64,000 nt of DNA from an uncultured Dehalococcoidales bacterium. GTDB lineage: Bacteria; Chloroflexota; Dehalococcoidia; Dehalococcoidales; G020351185. Below, in pieces: positions 39,346-50,677 of this stretch. A model generated the notes under the pieces. That model had not been told where the DNA came from. It worked only from the letters and a program-made list of their open reading frames with translations, and did not search any database. The stretch covers positions 22,474-86,473 of the forward strand of contig CAYGXW010000001.1 of the NCBI GenBank assembly GCA_964354125.1. Reading direction: 5' to 3'. The stretch's first letter is position 1. Each line of letters begins with the position of its first letter. The translations under genes were made by a program, and so were the position numbers.

Positions 39346-40304
39346 TGCCTAAGCGGCGGGGCTGCCTAGGCTGTTCCTTCCCGATGCTCATCGGGATTAT
39401 GGTTGTCTTACTTGCTTTACTTGTGGTTGGCTTTGCCGCCGGTCCTTTAGGCAAGAGCCTGTTTGGTGATAATATCTTGTCGGATTGGTTCGGTACCAAC
39501 CGACCCCAACCTGAGTTACCGGCAGAAACAGTATTCCATATATTCGGCTTCCCGATTACCAACAGTGTTATCGCTGCCTGGATTACGATTATATTTTTGG
39601 TGGGATTTGCTTATGCTGTTACCCGCCGTATGAAGCTGATACCGGGCAGGTTGCAGGCTGCCTTTGAATTTTTGCTGGGCTGGCTCTATGACCTCTGTTG
39701 TAGCGTTGCCGGCGAGAAAAATGGGCACAAATTCTTCCCGGTAGTGGCTACCATATTCCTTTTTGTTGGTTTCAATGCCTGGTTGGCATTGCTTCCGGGA
39801 TATGGTTCAATCATAGCATATACTGCCGAGGGTGAAGTGCATTTGATCCGCCCCGCCAATACCGATATCAATATGCCATTGGCTATAGCTTTGTCCGCCG
39901 TCTTTTTTGTTCAGTACTTTGGGCTAAAAACGCTGGGTCGTAAATATATAGCCAAGTTTGTTAATGTTGGCGGATTTTTTAGGAGTGCCAAACAGGTCTT
40001 TAGAGGTAAAATAGGCGCTGGTCTTAGCGGCATGTTCACCGGGGTCATTGAAATATTTGTTGGCTTTTTAGAGGGACTTAGTGAACTTATCCATATTGTA
40101 AGCTTTACCTTCCGTCTTTTTGGTAATATGACAGCCGGTGAGGTTTTGCTTTTAGTGGCTATCTTTCTTGTTCCTTGGTTATTTGCTTTACCCTTCTATG
40201 GGCTTGAGTTGCTCATCGGTTTTATTCAGGCCATTATCTTCAGTGGTCTGGCATTAATATTTCTTACGCTTGCTGTATCAACCCATCAGGAGGAGGCGCA
40301 CTAA
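39345..40304 (+). CDS. atpB: F0F1 ATP synthase subunit a
   Basis: Polytopic membrane protein with the conserved Arg region (SFTFRLFGNMTAGE). It has an N-terminal extension of about 60 aa with an extra TM helix. Confidence 0.85.
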   Translation: MPKRRGCLGCSFPMLIGIMVVLLALLVVGFAAGPLGKSLFGDNILSDWFGTNRPQPELPAETVFHIFGFPITNSVIAAWITIIFLVGFAYAVTRRMKLIPGRLQAAFEFLLGWLYDLCCSVAGEKNGHKFFPVVATIFLFVGFNAWLALLPGYGSIIAYTAEGEVHLIRPANTDINMPLAIALSAVFFVQYFGLKTLGRKYIAKFVNVGGFFRSAKQVFRGKIGAGLSGMFTGVIEIFVGFLEGLSELIHIVSFTFRLFGNMTAGEVLLLVAIFLVPWLFALPFYGLELLIGFIQAIIFSGLALIFLTLAVSTHQEEAH

Positions 40305-40364
40305 GCAGGCTATTTCATTTTTGGGACTAAGTTAAAAAATCTAAAATTATAAAGGAGGGTAAGA

Positions 40365-40601
40365 ATGGATGCTGAAGTTATGAAAATGCTGGCGGTGGGG
40401 ATAGCTGTCGGTCTGGGAATGCTGGGACCAGCCCTGGCACTGGGGCTTATAGGATTCGCGGCTTTACAGGGTATAGCCCGTAATCCTGAAGCGAGGGGCC
40501 CAATTTTCACCAATATGATTCTGGTGGCTGGCCTTGCCGAAGCCATTGGCATCTATATTCTAATTGTAGCTATTATCTTGGCTATGGGCATCGGAGCCTA
40601 G
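40365..40601 (+). CDS. atpE: F0F1 ATP synthase subunit c
   Basis: 78-aa hairpin with the ARNPE loop and the carboxylate helix (LVAGLAEAIGIY). Confidence 0.9.
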   Translation: MDAEVMKMLAVGIAVGLGMLGPALALGLIGFAALQGIARNPEARGPIFTNMILVAGLAEAIGIYILIVAIILAMGIGA

Positions 40602-40615
40602 ACTAGGGGGGTATT

Positions 40616-40726
40616 ATGGGACAAGAAGGAATACCAATATCATTATCAGTTCTAATAGTAGGCATATTAGTTGGAGCAATGATTCTCATTGGCTCAATAG
40701 TTGCTGTAGTGCTTCTTGCTTTCTAG
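40616..40726 (+). CDS. candidate 36-aa hydrophobic micro-protein between atpE and atpF
   Basis: My own translation gives MGQEGIPISLSVLIVGILVGAMILIGSIVAVVLLAF*. The ATG lies 5 nt after AGGGGGG. The ORF is below the 60-aa cutoff of the supplied track. Confidence 0.35.
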   Translation: MGQEGIPISLSVLIVGILVGAMILIGSIVAVVLLAF

Positions 40727-40748
40727 TGTGATAGAGGGAGAGGAATAT

Positions 40749-41249
40749 ATGGAAGGTCTGGGTATAAGCCTGCCGACGCTAATAGCTCAGCTGATTAACT
40801 TTATTATTCTGTTTGTCTTGCTTTGCTTTGTGGCTTATAAGCCGCTTATGAAAATGCTTGATGGGCGCTCCAGAAAGGTAAAGGAGAGCATGGAGCAGAC
40901 GGAGTATATTAAGGAGCAGGCGGCTAAGACTGGGGAGGAAGTAACCAGACGCATTGCCGAGGCAGGCAAAGAGGGGCAAAAGATAATAGACCAGGCAGTG
41001 AAGGCTGGTGAGGAGACAAGACGGGAAGTCCGCCGAGAGGCTGAAAAAGAGGCTGAAAGACTTATTGCCAGGACACGGGTTGAGATACAGAGGGAGCGTG
41101 ATGAAGCTATTGGTGAGTTGCGCAAGGAGTTTGCCGACCTAACTATACTGGCAGCCGAGAAGGTTATTGACCGCTCACTGGATAAAGAAGCGCATCGCCA
41201 GCTTATTGAAAAAGCACTTGAAGAGAGTTCGGCTCTGAAAAAGGGTTAG
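40749..41249 (+). CDS. atpF: F0F1 ATP synthase subunit b
   Basis: N-terminal TM helix (LIAQLINFIILFVLL), then a long charged helix. ATG at 40749 follows GAGGGAGAGG. Confidence 0.8.
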   Translation: MEGLGISLPTLIAQLINFIILFVLLCFVAYKPLMKMLDGRSRKVKESMEQTEYIKEQAAKTGEEVTRRIAEAGKEGQKIIDQAVKAGEETRREVRREAEKEAERLIARTRVEIQRERDEAIGELRKEFADLTILAAEKVIDRSLDKEAHRQLIEKALEESSALKKG

Positions 41250-41273
41250 CCCTTTTAATCGGAGGGAATAGCA

Positions 41274-41801
41274 GTGGCTGAAAAGGTTTCTGCCCGGCGC
41301 TATGCTCAGGCAGTCTTTGAGCTAGATGATAAGGAGCATATTGCTGAAAGGCAGGCTGAACTGGAAAAAGTTGCCAATCTGGGCAAGGATGCAATAATTA
41401 TCGCATATCTTGAGAACCCAAAGATTCATTTTGAAGATAAATCAAGGTTGTTGCGTGAGAGACTGGGTGATGTAGCCCCGATGATGCTAAATCTGGTCTA
41501 CCTTCTGATTACCAGGAAGAGGTTGAATATTCTTCCTGAGATTGCTGCTGAATTTAAGCGTTTAGTTGATGACTACAATGGTATTGAGCGGGCTGAAGTC
41601 ACTACTGCAGTTCCCCTTGATGATGAGGCTCGGAGAAATTTAAGTAAAAAACTAGGCGATATAATTGGTAAGAAGGTTGTAATTGAACCTGAATATGTTG
41701 ACCCCAGTTTAATTGGTGGGGTTGTTGTCAGGGTTGCCGGAAAATTAATGGATGGTAGTACTCAAGGCAAACTGGAGGCTTTAAAGAAGAAGATAAGTTA
41801 A
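41274..41801 (+). CDS. atpH: F0F1 ATP synthase subunit delta (OSCP)
   Basis: Contains RRYAQAVFE and a C-terminal LIGGVVVRVAGKLMDGS motif. Operon position is as expected. Confidence 0.8.
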   Translation: MAEKVSARRYAQAVFELDDKEHIAERQAELEKVANLGKDAIIIAYLENPKIHFEDKSRLLRERLGDVAPMMLNLVYLLITRKRLNILPEIAAEFKRLVDDYNGIERAEVTTAVPLDDEARRNLSKKLGDIIGKKVVIEPEYVDPSLIGGVVVRVAGKLMDGSTQGKLEALKKKIS

Positions 41802-41828
41802 GAGGTATAGTAACAAGTTAGTCAGGAG

Positions 41829-43349
41829 GTGGGCAAGTTGGCTAAGGGACAGGATATAGTTTCCGTTATTAAACAGCAGATTGAGCAGTTTGGTACTCAA
41901 GTAACCATGGTGGATGTAGGTACGGTGATTGAAGTGGGTGACGGCATTGCCCGAATCCACGGTTTAGCTGGTGCTAAATATAATGAGTTGCTTCAGTTCC
42001 CCGATGAGGTTATGGGTATTGCTTTAAATCTGGAGGAGGACAGTGTAGCCTCGGTCATCCTGGGTGATGATTCCGGGATTAAGGAAGGCGATGAGGTACG
42101 TACCACAGGGCGTATTGCTGAGGTACCGGTTGGTGAAGCTCTTATTGGTCGGGTTGTTGACCCCTTGGGGCGACCGCTAGATGGTAAGGGTGACATAAAA
42201 GCTAAAAAGACGCGACCACTTGAGAGGGTGGCTCCTAATGTGGTCGCCCGAAAGTCGGTGGATACACCGGTACAGACCGGTATTAAAGTAATTGATGCCA
42301 TGATACCTATTGGTCGCGGGCAGAGAGAGCTCATCATTGGCGACCGCTCTACAGGAAAGACGGCTATCGCCCTTGATACCATTGTAAACCAGAAGGGTGG
42401 CAACCTGACATGTATCTATGTTGCCATCGGTCAGAAGGCATCCAAGGTAGCACGGGTAGTAGCCAATCTAGAAGCGTATGGGGCTATGGAGCATACCATT
42501 GTTGTCGCCGCCAATGCCTCGGATTCGGTAGCCCTTCAGTATCTGGCTCCATATGCCGGATGTGCCATAGGCGAGGAGTTTATGGAACAGGGTAAGGACG
42601 CCCTGATAATCTATGATGACCTTTCCAAGCATGGTTGGGCTTATCGTCAGCTGTCTTTGTTATTGCGACGACCACCAGGGCGGGAAGCCTATCCTGGCGA
42701 TGTTTTCTATCTGCACAGCCGCTTGCTGGAGAGGGCGGCTAAGCTGAACGAAGAGAATGGTGGCGGTTCCCTTACTGCCTTGCCCATTATTGAAACGCAG
42801 GCTGGTGATGTCTCAGCCTATATTCCGACAAATGTTATTTCCATTACGGATGGTCAGATCTATCTGGAAACAGACCTTTTTAATGCTGGTATCAGGCCAG
42901 CACTTAATGTTGGTATATCAGTGTCCCGCGTAGGTAGTAAAGCCCAGACCAAGGCGATGAAAAAGGTAGCCAGTAAATTAAAACTTGAGATGGCACAATA
43001 CCGTGAGCTAGCTGCCTTTGCCCAGTTTGGCACCGCTGAACTGGATAAGGCTACCAAGGCTCAGATTGACCGCGGTCAGCGAATTACTGAGGTCTTAAAG
43101 CAGCTACAGTTTGTCCCTATGCCGATGGAAAAGCAGGTTGTGATTCTATATGCTGCTATAAACGGCTATATTGATAATATAGCTGTGGAAAAGGTAGTAG
43201 ATTTTGAAACCAAGTTATTAAAATTTATGGATAACGTTCACCCCGAGATAGGCAAGGCCATTGCCAAGACAAAGGAGCTCAGCGATGAGACTGAGGAAAA
43301 GCTAAAAAAAGCCATTGATGAGTTTAAAAAGGGCTTTTCTGCTGAGTAA
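41829..43349 (+). CDS. atpA: F0F1 ATP synthase subunit alpha
   Basis: Contains GDRSTGKTA (P-loop) and ITDGQIYLE. The TTG at 41838 has better SD spacing than the GTG at 41829. Confidence 0.95.
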   Translation: MGKLAKGQDIVSVIKQQIEQFGTQVTMVDVGTVIEVGDGIARIHGLAGAKYNELLQFPDEVMGIALNLEEDSVASVILGDDSGIKEGDEVRTTGRIAEVPVGEALIGRVVDPLGRPLDGKGDIKAKKTRPLERVAPNVVARKSVDTPVQTGIKVIDAMIPIGRGQRELIIGDRSTGKTAIALDTIVNQKGGNLTCIYVAIGQKASKVARVVANLEAYGAMEHTIVVAANASDSVALQYLAPYAGCAIGEEFMEQGKDALIIYDDLSKHGWAYRQLSLLLRRPPGREAYPGDVFYLHSRLLERAAKLNEENGGGSLTALPIIETQAGDVSAYIPTNVISITDGQIYLETDLFNAGIRPALNVGISVSRVGSKAQTKAMKKVASKLKLEMAQYRELAAFAQFGTAELDKATKAQIDRGQRITEVLKQLQFVPMPMEKQVVILYAAINGYIDNIAVEKVVDFETKLLKFMDNVHPEIGKAIAKTKELSDETEEKLKKAIDEFKKGFSAE

Positions 43350-43393
43350 GCATATTTTGGGTAGTTTAAAAGGGTGATGTGAGAACAAGATAA

Positions 43394-44251
43394 ATGGCTA
43401 ATATTCGTTTAATACGGCGGCGAATAAAGGGCATCCAGAGCACTGCCAAGATTACTAGGGCTATGGAGATGATTGCCGCCTCAAAGATGAGGAAGGCTCA
43501 GGAACGTGGTCTGGCAGGACGCCCCTATTCGGAGAAGATAACACAGGTATTATCTGCACTGGCGGCTTTGCCTACGGGAGAGAGACCACTGCATCCTTTA
43601 TTGAAGCGGAGACCGGTAACCAAAATCTCCATAGTCCACATAACCCCTGACCGCGGGCTGGCTGGTGGGCTGGTTAGTAACATCAATCGTAAAACAGCCA
43701 GCTTCATATTAGAGAGGGGTGTGCCGGTTAATATAATTGCTATTGGTCGTAAAGGGCTTGATTTCTTGAGGCGGACTGGTCAGAATGTGACTGCTGAATT
43801 TGCCGGAATTGGTGACCGCCCCAGTCTTATTGATACACTACCCATCTCTCACATCATTATTGACGATTTCAGTAATGCTGTTGTTGATGAGGTCTATCTG
43901 GCATATACCCGGTTTATCAACACTATGGTCCAGAAACCAGTTATAGAAAAGATACTACCGGTTGAACCAGCACCCATCCCGGCACCTGAAAATGTTGATT
44001 ATATCTATGAACCAGGACCAGACAATGTCCTGGGGGGACTCTTACCCCGTTTTGTGGAGATGCAGGTTTATCATCATATTCTAGAGGCTATAGCCAGTGA
44101 ACAGTCAGCCCGGATGGTGTCTATGCGCAATGCTACCGAAAGTGCCAATGAGCTTATTGAAGATTTAACGCTGGTTTACAATAAGGCACGTCAGGAGATG
44201 ATTACCAAGGAGCTCCTTGACATTACCGGTGGAGCTGAGGCACTGGAATAG
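43394..44251 (+). CDS. atpG: F0F1 ATP synthase subunit gamma
   Basis: Contains IKGIQSTAKITRAMEMIAASKMRKAQ and a C-terminal ARQEMITKELLDITGGAEAL. Confidence 0.9.
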   Translation: MANIRLIRRRIKGIQSTAKITRAMEMIAASKMRKAQERGLAGRPYSEKITQVLSALAALPTGERPLHPLLKRRPVTKISIVHITPDRGLAGGLVSNINRKTASFILERGVPVNIIAIGRKGLDFLRRTGQNVTAEFAGIGDRPSLIDTLPISHIIIDDFSNAVVDEVYLAYTRFINTMVQKPVIEKILPVEPAPIPAPENVDYIYEPGPDNVLGGLLPRFVEMQVYHHILEAIASEQSARMVSMRNATESANELIEDLTLVYNKARQEMITKELLDITGGAEALE

Positions 44252-45652
<1,401 letters not shown>

Positions 45653-45690
45653 TCAGGATTGGCTGGGAAGATAAAGGCAGTTTAAGAAAT

Positions 45691-46116
45691 ATGGCTAGTA
45701 TAAGACTTGATGTTGTTACCGCCGAGAGGGCAGTTTATTCCGATGATGTGGATATAGTTATTGCCCCGGGTGTTGAAGGACAGCTTGGCATTCTACTGCA
45801 CCACACCCCTTTAATGACTTTGCTTGAGCCGGGTGAGTTGATAGCCAGGAAGGGTGCCGAGGAGTTTAGCTTGGCTGTTTCCGGCGGTTTTCTTGAAGTG
45901 CGACCTGACCGGGTTATCGTATTGGCTGATTCTGCTGAGAGGGCTGAGGAGATTGATATAGCTCGGGCTGAAGAAGCCAAGAAACGAGCTGAACATCGGC
46001 TGGAGGAAAGATATATGCCAACTGTTGATGCCGCCCGAGCTGAAGCCTCCCTGCGTCGCTCTCTCATTAGACTTAAGGTAGCCGCAAGGCGTAGAAAAAA
46101 GCGCCCCGAACTCTAG
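45691..46116 (+). CDS. atpC: F0F1 ATP synthase subunit epsilon
   Basis: Last gene of the operon. Has a beta-sandwich N-terminus ([12 protein letters not shown]) and a helical, Arg/Glu-rich C-terminus. Confidence 0.85.
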   Translation: MASIRLDVVTAERAVYSDDVDIVIAPGVEGQLGILLHHTPLMTLLEPGELIARKGAEEFSLAVSGGFLEVRPDRVIVLADSAERAEEIDIARAEEAKKRAEHRLEERYMPTVDAARAEASLRRSLIRLKVAARRRKKRPEL

Positions 46117-46314
46117 GTAAGTTGACCCCATTCCCTGCCCCGGATAGGCATGATTAATACCTTAAAAGATATTATCTCTTTGATAAATTATTTGGCAGGT
46201 TACCTGAGTATGTAATGGTAGAAAAATAAAAATATAGTCTTAAATTAACCCTAAAACAGGTTTTTTAAGAGACGGGAATCTTCTAACTCTCTCTTATAAC
46301 TTAAATAAAAAGAT

Positions 46315-46542
46315 TTAGATGATCTCAAGGGTAACTCTGGTGCCTGCTTTAGCTGCCTTTACCCTGATTAAGGTGCGTATGGCTTGGGCTATACGACCCT
46401 GCTTGCCGATAATGCGGCCCTTGTCTTCGTCAGCAACCTGCAATTTTAGGACTATTCCCTCTTCCCCTGCTTCCTCGGTAACCACTACATCATCGGGTGC
46501 ATTGACCAGTGATTTGGCGATGTATTCTACTAGGTCTTTCAT
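46315..46542 (-). CDS. KH-domain RNA-binding protein (YlqC-like)
   Basis: 75 aa containing GRIIGKQGR (GxxG KH loop). Conserved position downstream of rpsP. Confidence 0.75.
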   Translation of the reverse strand: MKDLVEYIAKSLVNAPDDVVVTEEAGEEGIVLKLQVADEDKGRIIGKQGRIAQAIRTLIRVKAAKAGTRVTLEII

Positions 46543-46808
46543 GTTTTCTCCTTTATTGCCTTAAACTTTTCCATAACACCTGCTTTGGTTAGCAGCCTGC
46601 TGGCAGTAACTGTGGGTTGAGCCCCTTGACCCAGCCATTTTAGGGCTTCTTCTTCATTAATAATGACTGTTTCCGGGTTGGTCAGGGGGTTGTAGTGTCC
46701 AATAATACTGATAAACGCCCCATCCCGGGGAGAGCGGGAATCGGCTACAACCAGCCGATAGCTTGGCTTTTTAGGGGCGCCTACTCGCCTGAGTCTGATT
46801 TTTACCAT
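46539..46808 (-). CDS. rpsP: 30S ribosomal protein S16
   Basis: [30 protein letters not shown] is the canonical S16 N-terminus. Start taken at the internal ATG (46808). Confidence 0.9.
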   Translation of the reverse strand: MVKIRLRRVGAPKKPSYRLVVADSRSPRDGAFISIIGHYNPLTNPETVIINEEEALKWLGQGAQPTVTASRLLTKAGVMEKFKAIKEKT

Positions 46809-46905
46809 TTTTATTTCTTCTTGGTTATTATGCACTATAACTATACTGCTGTCAACACCAGTCGCATTAGTATCAGGGCTTTATATTTGTCACAGAACAG
46901 ATACA

Positions 46906-47634
46906 ATGGCTATAATTGGGGTTGTGAAGATAGAGGAATTGCACGCTTGGCGGCTCAATGTTGCTCAAGCCCGGGATATACAACAGCGACTGTCAAGACA
47001 GGTGTCTTGGACCGGTGAAGTAATAGAGCCGAGTTTTATTGCCGGGGTGGATATTGCTGTAGGTAAAGCCAGCGGGTTGGCTCAAGCGGCGGTTGTCGTC
47101 CTAAGCTATCCCGAAATGAGGCTGGTAGCAATAGAACTGGTGCAGGGCAGGCTTGAATTCCCTTACATACCGGGTCTTTTATCTTTCAGGGAATCGCCGC
47201 TGATTTTAGCCGCCTGCCAGAAACTTTCGCTTAATCCTGACCTGATAATTGTTGATGGGCAGGGAGTCGCCCACCCCCGGAGGCTGGGACTTGCCTCTCA
47301 TCTAGGTCTCTTTCTAGGTATACCGACCATAGGCTGTGCCAAGTCCCGGCTCTGCGGCAGCCATACACTACCCGGTGAAGAACCGGGCTGTTATACAGAT
47401 TTAGTGGACAAGGGTGAAGTTATAGGTGCTGCCCTGCGAACTAAAGCAGGTGTCAAGCCACTCTATGTTTCTACAGGTCATAAGATTAGCCTTAAGAATG
47501 CAATCTACTGGGTATTGCAGTGCTACCGAGGCTACCGCCTGCCGGAGCCAACTCGCCTTGCCCACCTGGCGGCTGGCGGAAATCTAAAACCGAACATGGT
47601 AGCATCTGGGCTAGGTTATCAGGGAAAGCTTTAA
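46906..47634 (+). CDS. nfi: endonuclease V
   Basis: Contains AGVDIA, YIPGLLSFRE, VDGQGVAHPRRLGLASHLG and IGCAKS motifs. Confidence 0.85.
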   Translation: MAIIGVVKIEELHAWRLNVAQARDIQQRLSRQVSWTGEVIEPSFIAGVDIAVGKASGLAQAAVVVLSYPEMRLVAIELVQGRLEFPYIPGLLSFRESPLILAACQKLSLNPDLIIVDGQGVAHPRRLGLASHLGLFLGIPTIGCAKSRLCGSHTLPGEEPGCYTDLVDKGEVIGAALRTKAGVKPLYVSTGHKISLKNAIYWVLQCYRGYRLPEPTRLAHLAAGGNLKPNMVASGLGYQGKL

Positions 47635-47663
47635 ACTTCTAGTACAGTGGGATAGGAGGAGAG

Positions 47664-48771
47664 ATGCAGGAATTGAAGGGTAGAATAGACGAAATTCAGC
47701 AGAGAATCTCCCTGGCGATGGTGCATCTTTGACATCGCCGGCAAGGAGAGGGAGATTAAAAAACTTGAAAAGCTAGCGGCGAAGCCCGATTTCTGGCAAG
47801 ACTCGGCTGAAGCACAGGGAATTATGCGCCGCCTGGCTGAATTAAAAAAGGCGGCCGACGAGTGGCGGGGACTGGAGAAGAAGGTAGCTGATATCGCTGA
47901 GCTAATCTCTATTGAGCCTGAGGAAGTGAGTACTTCACTCAATAAAGAGATTCAGTGTGAGGTTGATGAGATTGCCACCCGTCTTGATGAGCTTGAATTC
48001 CAGATGGCTTTCGGCGGTGAGTATGACAGCCATAATGCCATACTGGCTATTCATTCCGGGGCTGGGGGTGTTGAATCACAGGATTGGGCGGAGATGTTGC
48101 TCAGGATGTACCTTCGCTGGGTTGAGCGCCGGGGTTATAAGGCTGAGATACTGGATACCTCGCCGGGAGAAGAGGCGGGGATAAAGAATGCCATTGTTGA
48201 GGTCAGTGGTGAATATAGCTTCGGCTATTTGAAATCAGAACACGGCGTCCATCGGTTAATTCGCCTTTCCCCATTTGATGCTGACCATGCCCGGCATACA
48301 TCATTTGTTCTGGTAGAGGTAATGCCTGAGGCTGAGGGGGATGTTGATATTAGTGTTTCCCCTGATGATTTGAGGATTGATACCTATAGGTCTAGCGGGC
48401 CCGGGGGTCAGCATATGCAGAAGACCAGCAGTGCCGTCAGGATTACCCATCTACCTACAGGTCTAGTGGTTACCTGTCAGAGTGAGCGTTCTCAATACCA
48501 GAATAAAGAGAGCGCCTTAAGAGTTCTAAGAGCCCGGCTGTTAAAGTTAGAATTGGCTAAAAGAGAGGAAGATAGGGCTAGACTCAGAGGGAAACATATA
48601 ACCGCCGGTTGGGGCAATCAGATTAGAAGCTATATCCTTCACCCATATAGAATGGTAAAAGACCACAGGACCGATTATCAAGAAGGGGACACAGAAGCGG
48701 TCTTGGATGGTGAACTGGACGGCTTTATCAATGCCTATCTCAGGTCGGGTTTGGGTAAAGAAAATGATTAA
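47664..48771 (+). CDS. prfB: peptide chain release factor 2, requires a programmed +1 frameshift (47664..47729 joined to 47731..48771)
   Basis: A short frame-0 ORF (MQELKGRIDEIQQRISLAMVHL) ends at CTT TGA C. The +1 frame continues DIAGKEREIKKLE..PDFWQD. SPF and GGQ (SSGPGGQHMQKT) motifs lie downstream. Confidence 0.9.
47721..47733 (+). promoter_or_regulatory. RF2 autoregulatory +1 frameshift site (CTT TGA C)
   Basis: CTT at 47727-47729, in-frame TGA at 47730-47732, C at 47733. The 47731 frame is in phase with the long ORF starting at 47824. Confidence 0.85.
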
Positions 48772-49984
48772 AAAAATTGCCGCTCTGGCTATAGTCTTTT
48801 GCCTGTTACCGGTGGTGTTAAGCCCATTTTCAGTTCAGGCTGAGACCGGACTGAAAATTCTGGAAAGCTCAGCAGAGGCAGGATTTCCCTATTTTCTTAA
48901 CTTCAGTCTGGAAGCAGAGAGCAATGTAAATATCACCGATATTCGCCTCCACTACCAGGTTGATTGTGATAGCTTTGCCGAGGTAACCAGCGAGGTTATG
49001 ATTAAGTTTACCCCGAATACCAGCGTGGCTGTCAGCTGGACCTGGGATATGATAAAGAGCGGTGGGCTGCCTTCTGGCACTATTATTGAATATTGGTGGA
49101 CGGTAACAGACGCTGGTGATAATAAGGTTGAAACAACCCGGTTTCAGGTTCAGTTTGATGATGAGCGTTATAACTGGCTTAGCCTGAGCGAAGGTGACAT
49201 AACATTATACTGGTATCAGGGCGATGAATCCTTCGCCCGGCAGATAATGGATGCGGCACAGGAAGCACTGGTTCGGCTGGCTACAGATACTGGTGCCCAT
49301 CTGGAAAGAGCGGTTAAAGTATATATCTACGCTAGCTATCAAGACCTGAAAGGGGCTATGATATTCCCGCAGGAATGGACCGGGGGAGTAGCTTATACCA
49401 TACAGGGAACGGTAGCTATTGGCATAAGCACAGGAAATCTTGAGTGGGGTAAGATGGCGGTTGTTCATGAGCTAACACACCTGGTGACGCACCAGATGAC
49501 CTTTAACCCTTACAATAGCTTGCCTGTATGGCTGAATGAAGGCTTATCAATGTATGCTGAGGGGGAGATGGATGATTCGTTTGAATTATATTTAAGACAG
49601 GCAGTATTACAGGATAGCCTTATCTCAGTGCGTAGCCTTGCAAGCCCCTTTTCAGCCTATGCCGGGCAGTCATATCTGTCATATGCCCAGAGTATGAGTC
49701 TGGTTCAATTCCTTATTGATAGTTACAGCAAAGATAGGATGTTTGAGCTACTTAGCACCTTTAAGCAGGGCAGTAGCTATGATGAAGCCCTGTTAGAGGT
49801 TTATGGCTTTGATATGGATGGACTGGATGCCTTGTGGCGGGATTATTTTTTTGAGCAGTATCAAACAGAAACTAATAATGTTTCCAGTACGGCACAGGCT
49901 ATAGCATCATCTACCCTGGCAATAACACCTCTCCTGGCTTTAGGCTTGGTTGCCGAAAGATGCTCATGGAGGCGAGGCTTATGA
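48764..49984 (+). CDS. secreted zinc metallopeptidase (peptidase MA-like)
   Basis: Signal peptide MIKKIAALAIVFCLL, HExxH (VHELTHLV) and downstream NEGLSMYAEG. The ATG overlaps the prfB stop by 8 nt. Confidence 0.65.
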   Translation: MIKKIAALAIVFCLLPVVLSPFSVQAETGLKILESSAEAGFPYFLNFSLEAESNVNITDIRLHYQVDCDSFAEVTSEVMIKFTPNTSVAVSWTWDMIKSGGLPSGTIIEYWWTVTDAGDNKVETTRFQVQFDDERYNWLSLSEGDITLYWYQGDESFARQIMDAAQEALVRLATDTGAHLERAVKVYIYASYQDLKGAMIFPQEWTGGVAYTIQGTVAIGISTGNLEWGKMAVVHELTHLVTHQMTFNPYNSLPVWLNEGLSMYAEGEMDDSFELYLRQAVLQDSLISVRSLASPFSAYAGQSYLSYAQSMSLVQFLIDSYSKDRMFELLSTFKQGSSYDEALLEVYGFDMDGLDALWRDYFFEQYQTETNNVSSTAQAIASSTLAITPLLALGLVAERCSWRRGL

Positions 49985-50670
49985 AAAAGGGCTTTACTAT
50001 TCATGATTTACCTATATCAGAGCGTCCCAGAGAAAGGCTGCAGAAGTTAGGTCCTGAATCACTATCGGCACAGGAGATATTAGCGTTGATTCTGGGTCGT
50101 GGTATTTCTGGTGAATCGGTGATGGTAACTGCCCAGAGGTTACTGAGCCAGTTTGGCAGCCTTAAGGAGATTGCCGGTGCTTCACTGGAAGAACTGTCTC
50201 AGGTAAGGGGTATTGGTCTTGCCAAGGCATCACAGATTAAGGCGGCTTTTGAATTAGCCAATCGCCTGGAGGGATATTCGGAGGTTTCACAAAAGCCGGT
50301 AGTTAAAACGCCAGAGAATGTGGTTGATGTGGTGAAAGGTAGGTTGAAGGATAAGAAGAGGGAACACTTCCTGGTAATTTCTCTTGATACCCGTAGCCGT
50401 CTTATAAAGCTCTCCGAGATTTCGGTTGGCAGTCTGGATACCAGCATCGTTCACCCCAGGGAGGCATTCAAGGAGGCAATATCAGCCAGCGCCGCTTCGG
50501 TTGTTTTTGCCCATAACCATCCTTCAGGCGACCCCACCGCATCAGAAGATGACATAAAGTTGACTAAAAGGCTGGTTGAAGCCGGTGAGCTGATGGGCAT
50601 AGAAGTCTTAGACCATATCATTATCGGTGATAGGAGTTACCTGAGCTTGAAAAGGGAAGGCTTGTTATAG
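49981..50670 (+). CDS. radC: RadC-family JAB/MPN-domain protein
   Basis: Contains ERPRERL, a helix-hairpin-helix (GIGLAKA) and the JAMM motif HNHPSGDPTASEDD. Confidence 0.85.
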   Translation: MKKGFTIHDLPISERPRERLQKLGPESLSAQEILALILGRGISGESVMVTAQRLLSQFGSLKEIAGASLEELSQVRGIGLAKASQIKAAFELANRLEGYSEVSQKPVVKTPENVVDVVKGRLKDKKREHFLVISLDTRSRLIKLSEISVGSLDTSIVHPREAFKEAISASAASVVFAHNHPSGDPTASEDDIKLTKRLVEAGELMGIEVLDHIIIGDRSYLSLKREGLL

Positions 50671-50677
50671 ATAAATA

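Noticed and set aside
41993-42403. 136-aa antisense ORF inside atpA. Similar antisense ORFs occur inside uvrA (26352-26771), lysS (56952-57407), cimA (1463-1861), the J-domain gene (8421-8837), ppsA (36952-37317) and dnaX (60074-60433).
   Set aside because: All lie fully within confidently identified genes on the opposite strand. They are Ser/Pro/Arg-rich, as expected for antisense frames, and lack SD sequences. Nothing suggests they are real.
46117-46314. 198-nt AT-rich convergent spacer between atpC and the KH-domain gene, checked for terminators or an ncRNA
   Set aside because: Only weak 4-6-bp stems are present (for example AAGAGA...TCTCTT), without proper U-tracts on either strand. I recognise no conserved RNA motif.
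47631-47942. 103-aa minus-strand ORF spanning the prfB 5' region
   Set aside because: The region is explained by the two frames of prfB joined by the +1 frameshift, so the antisense ORF is a by-product.
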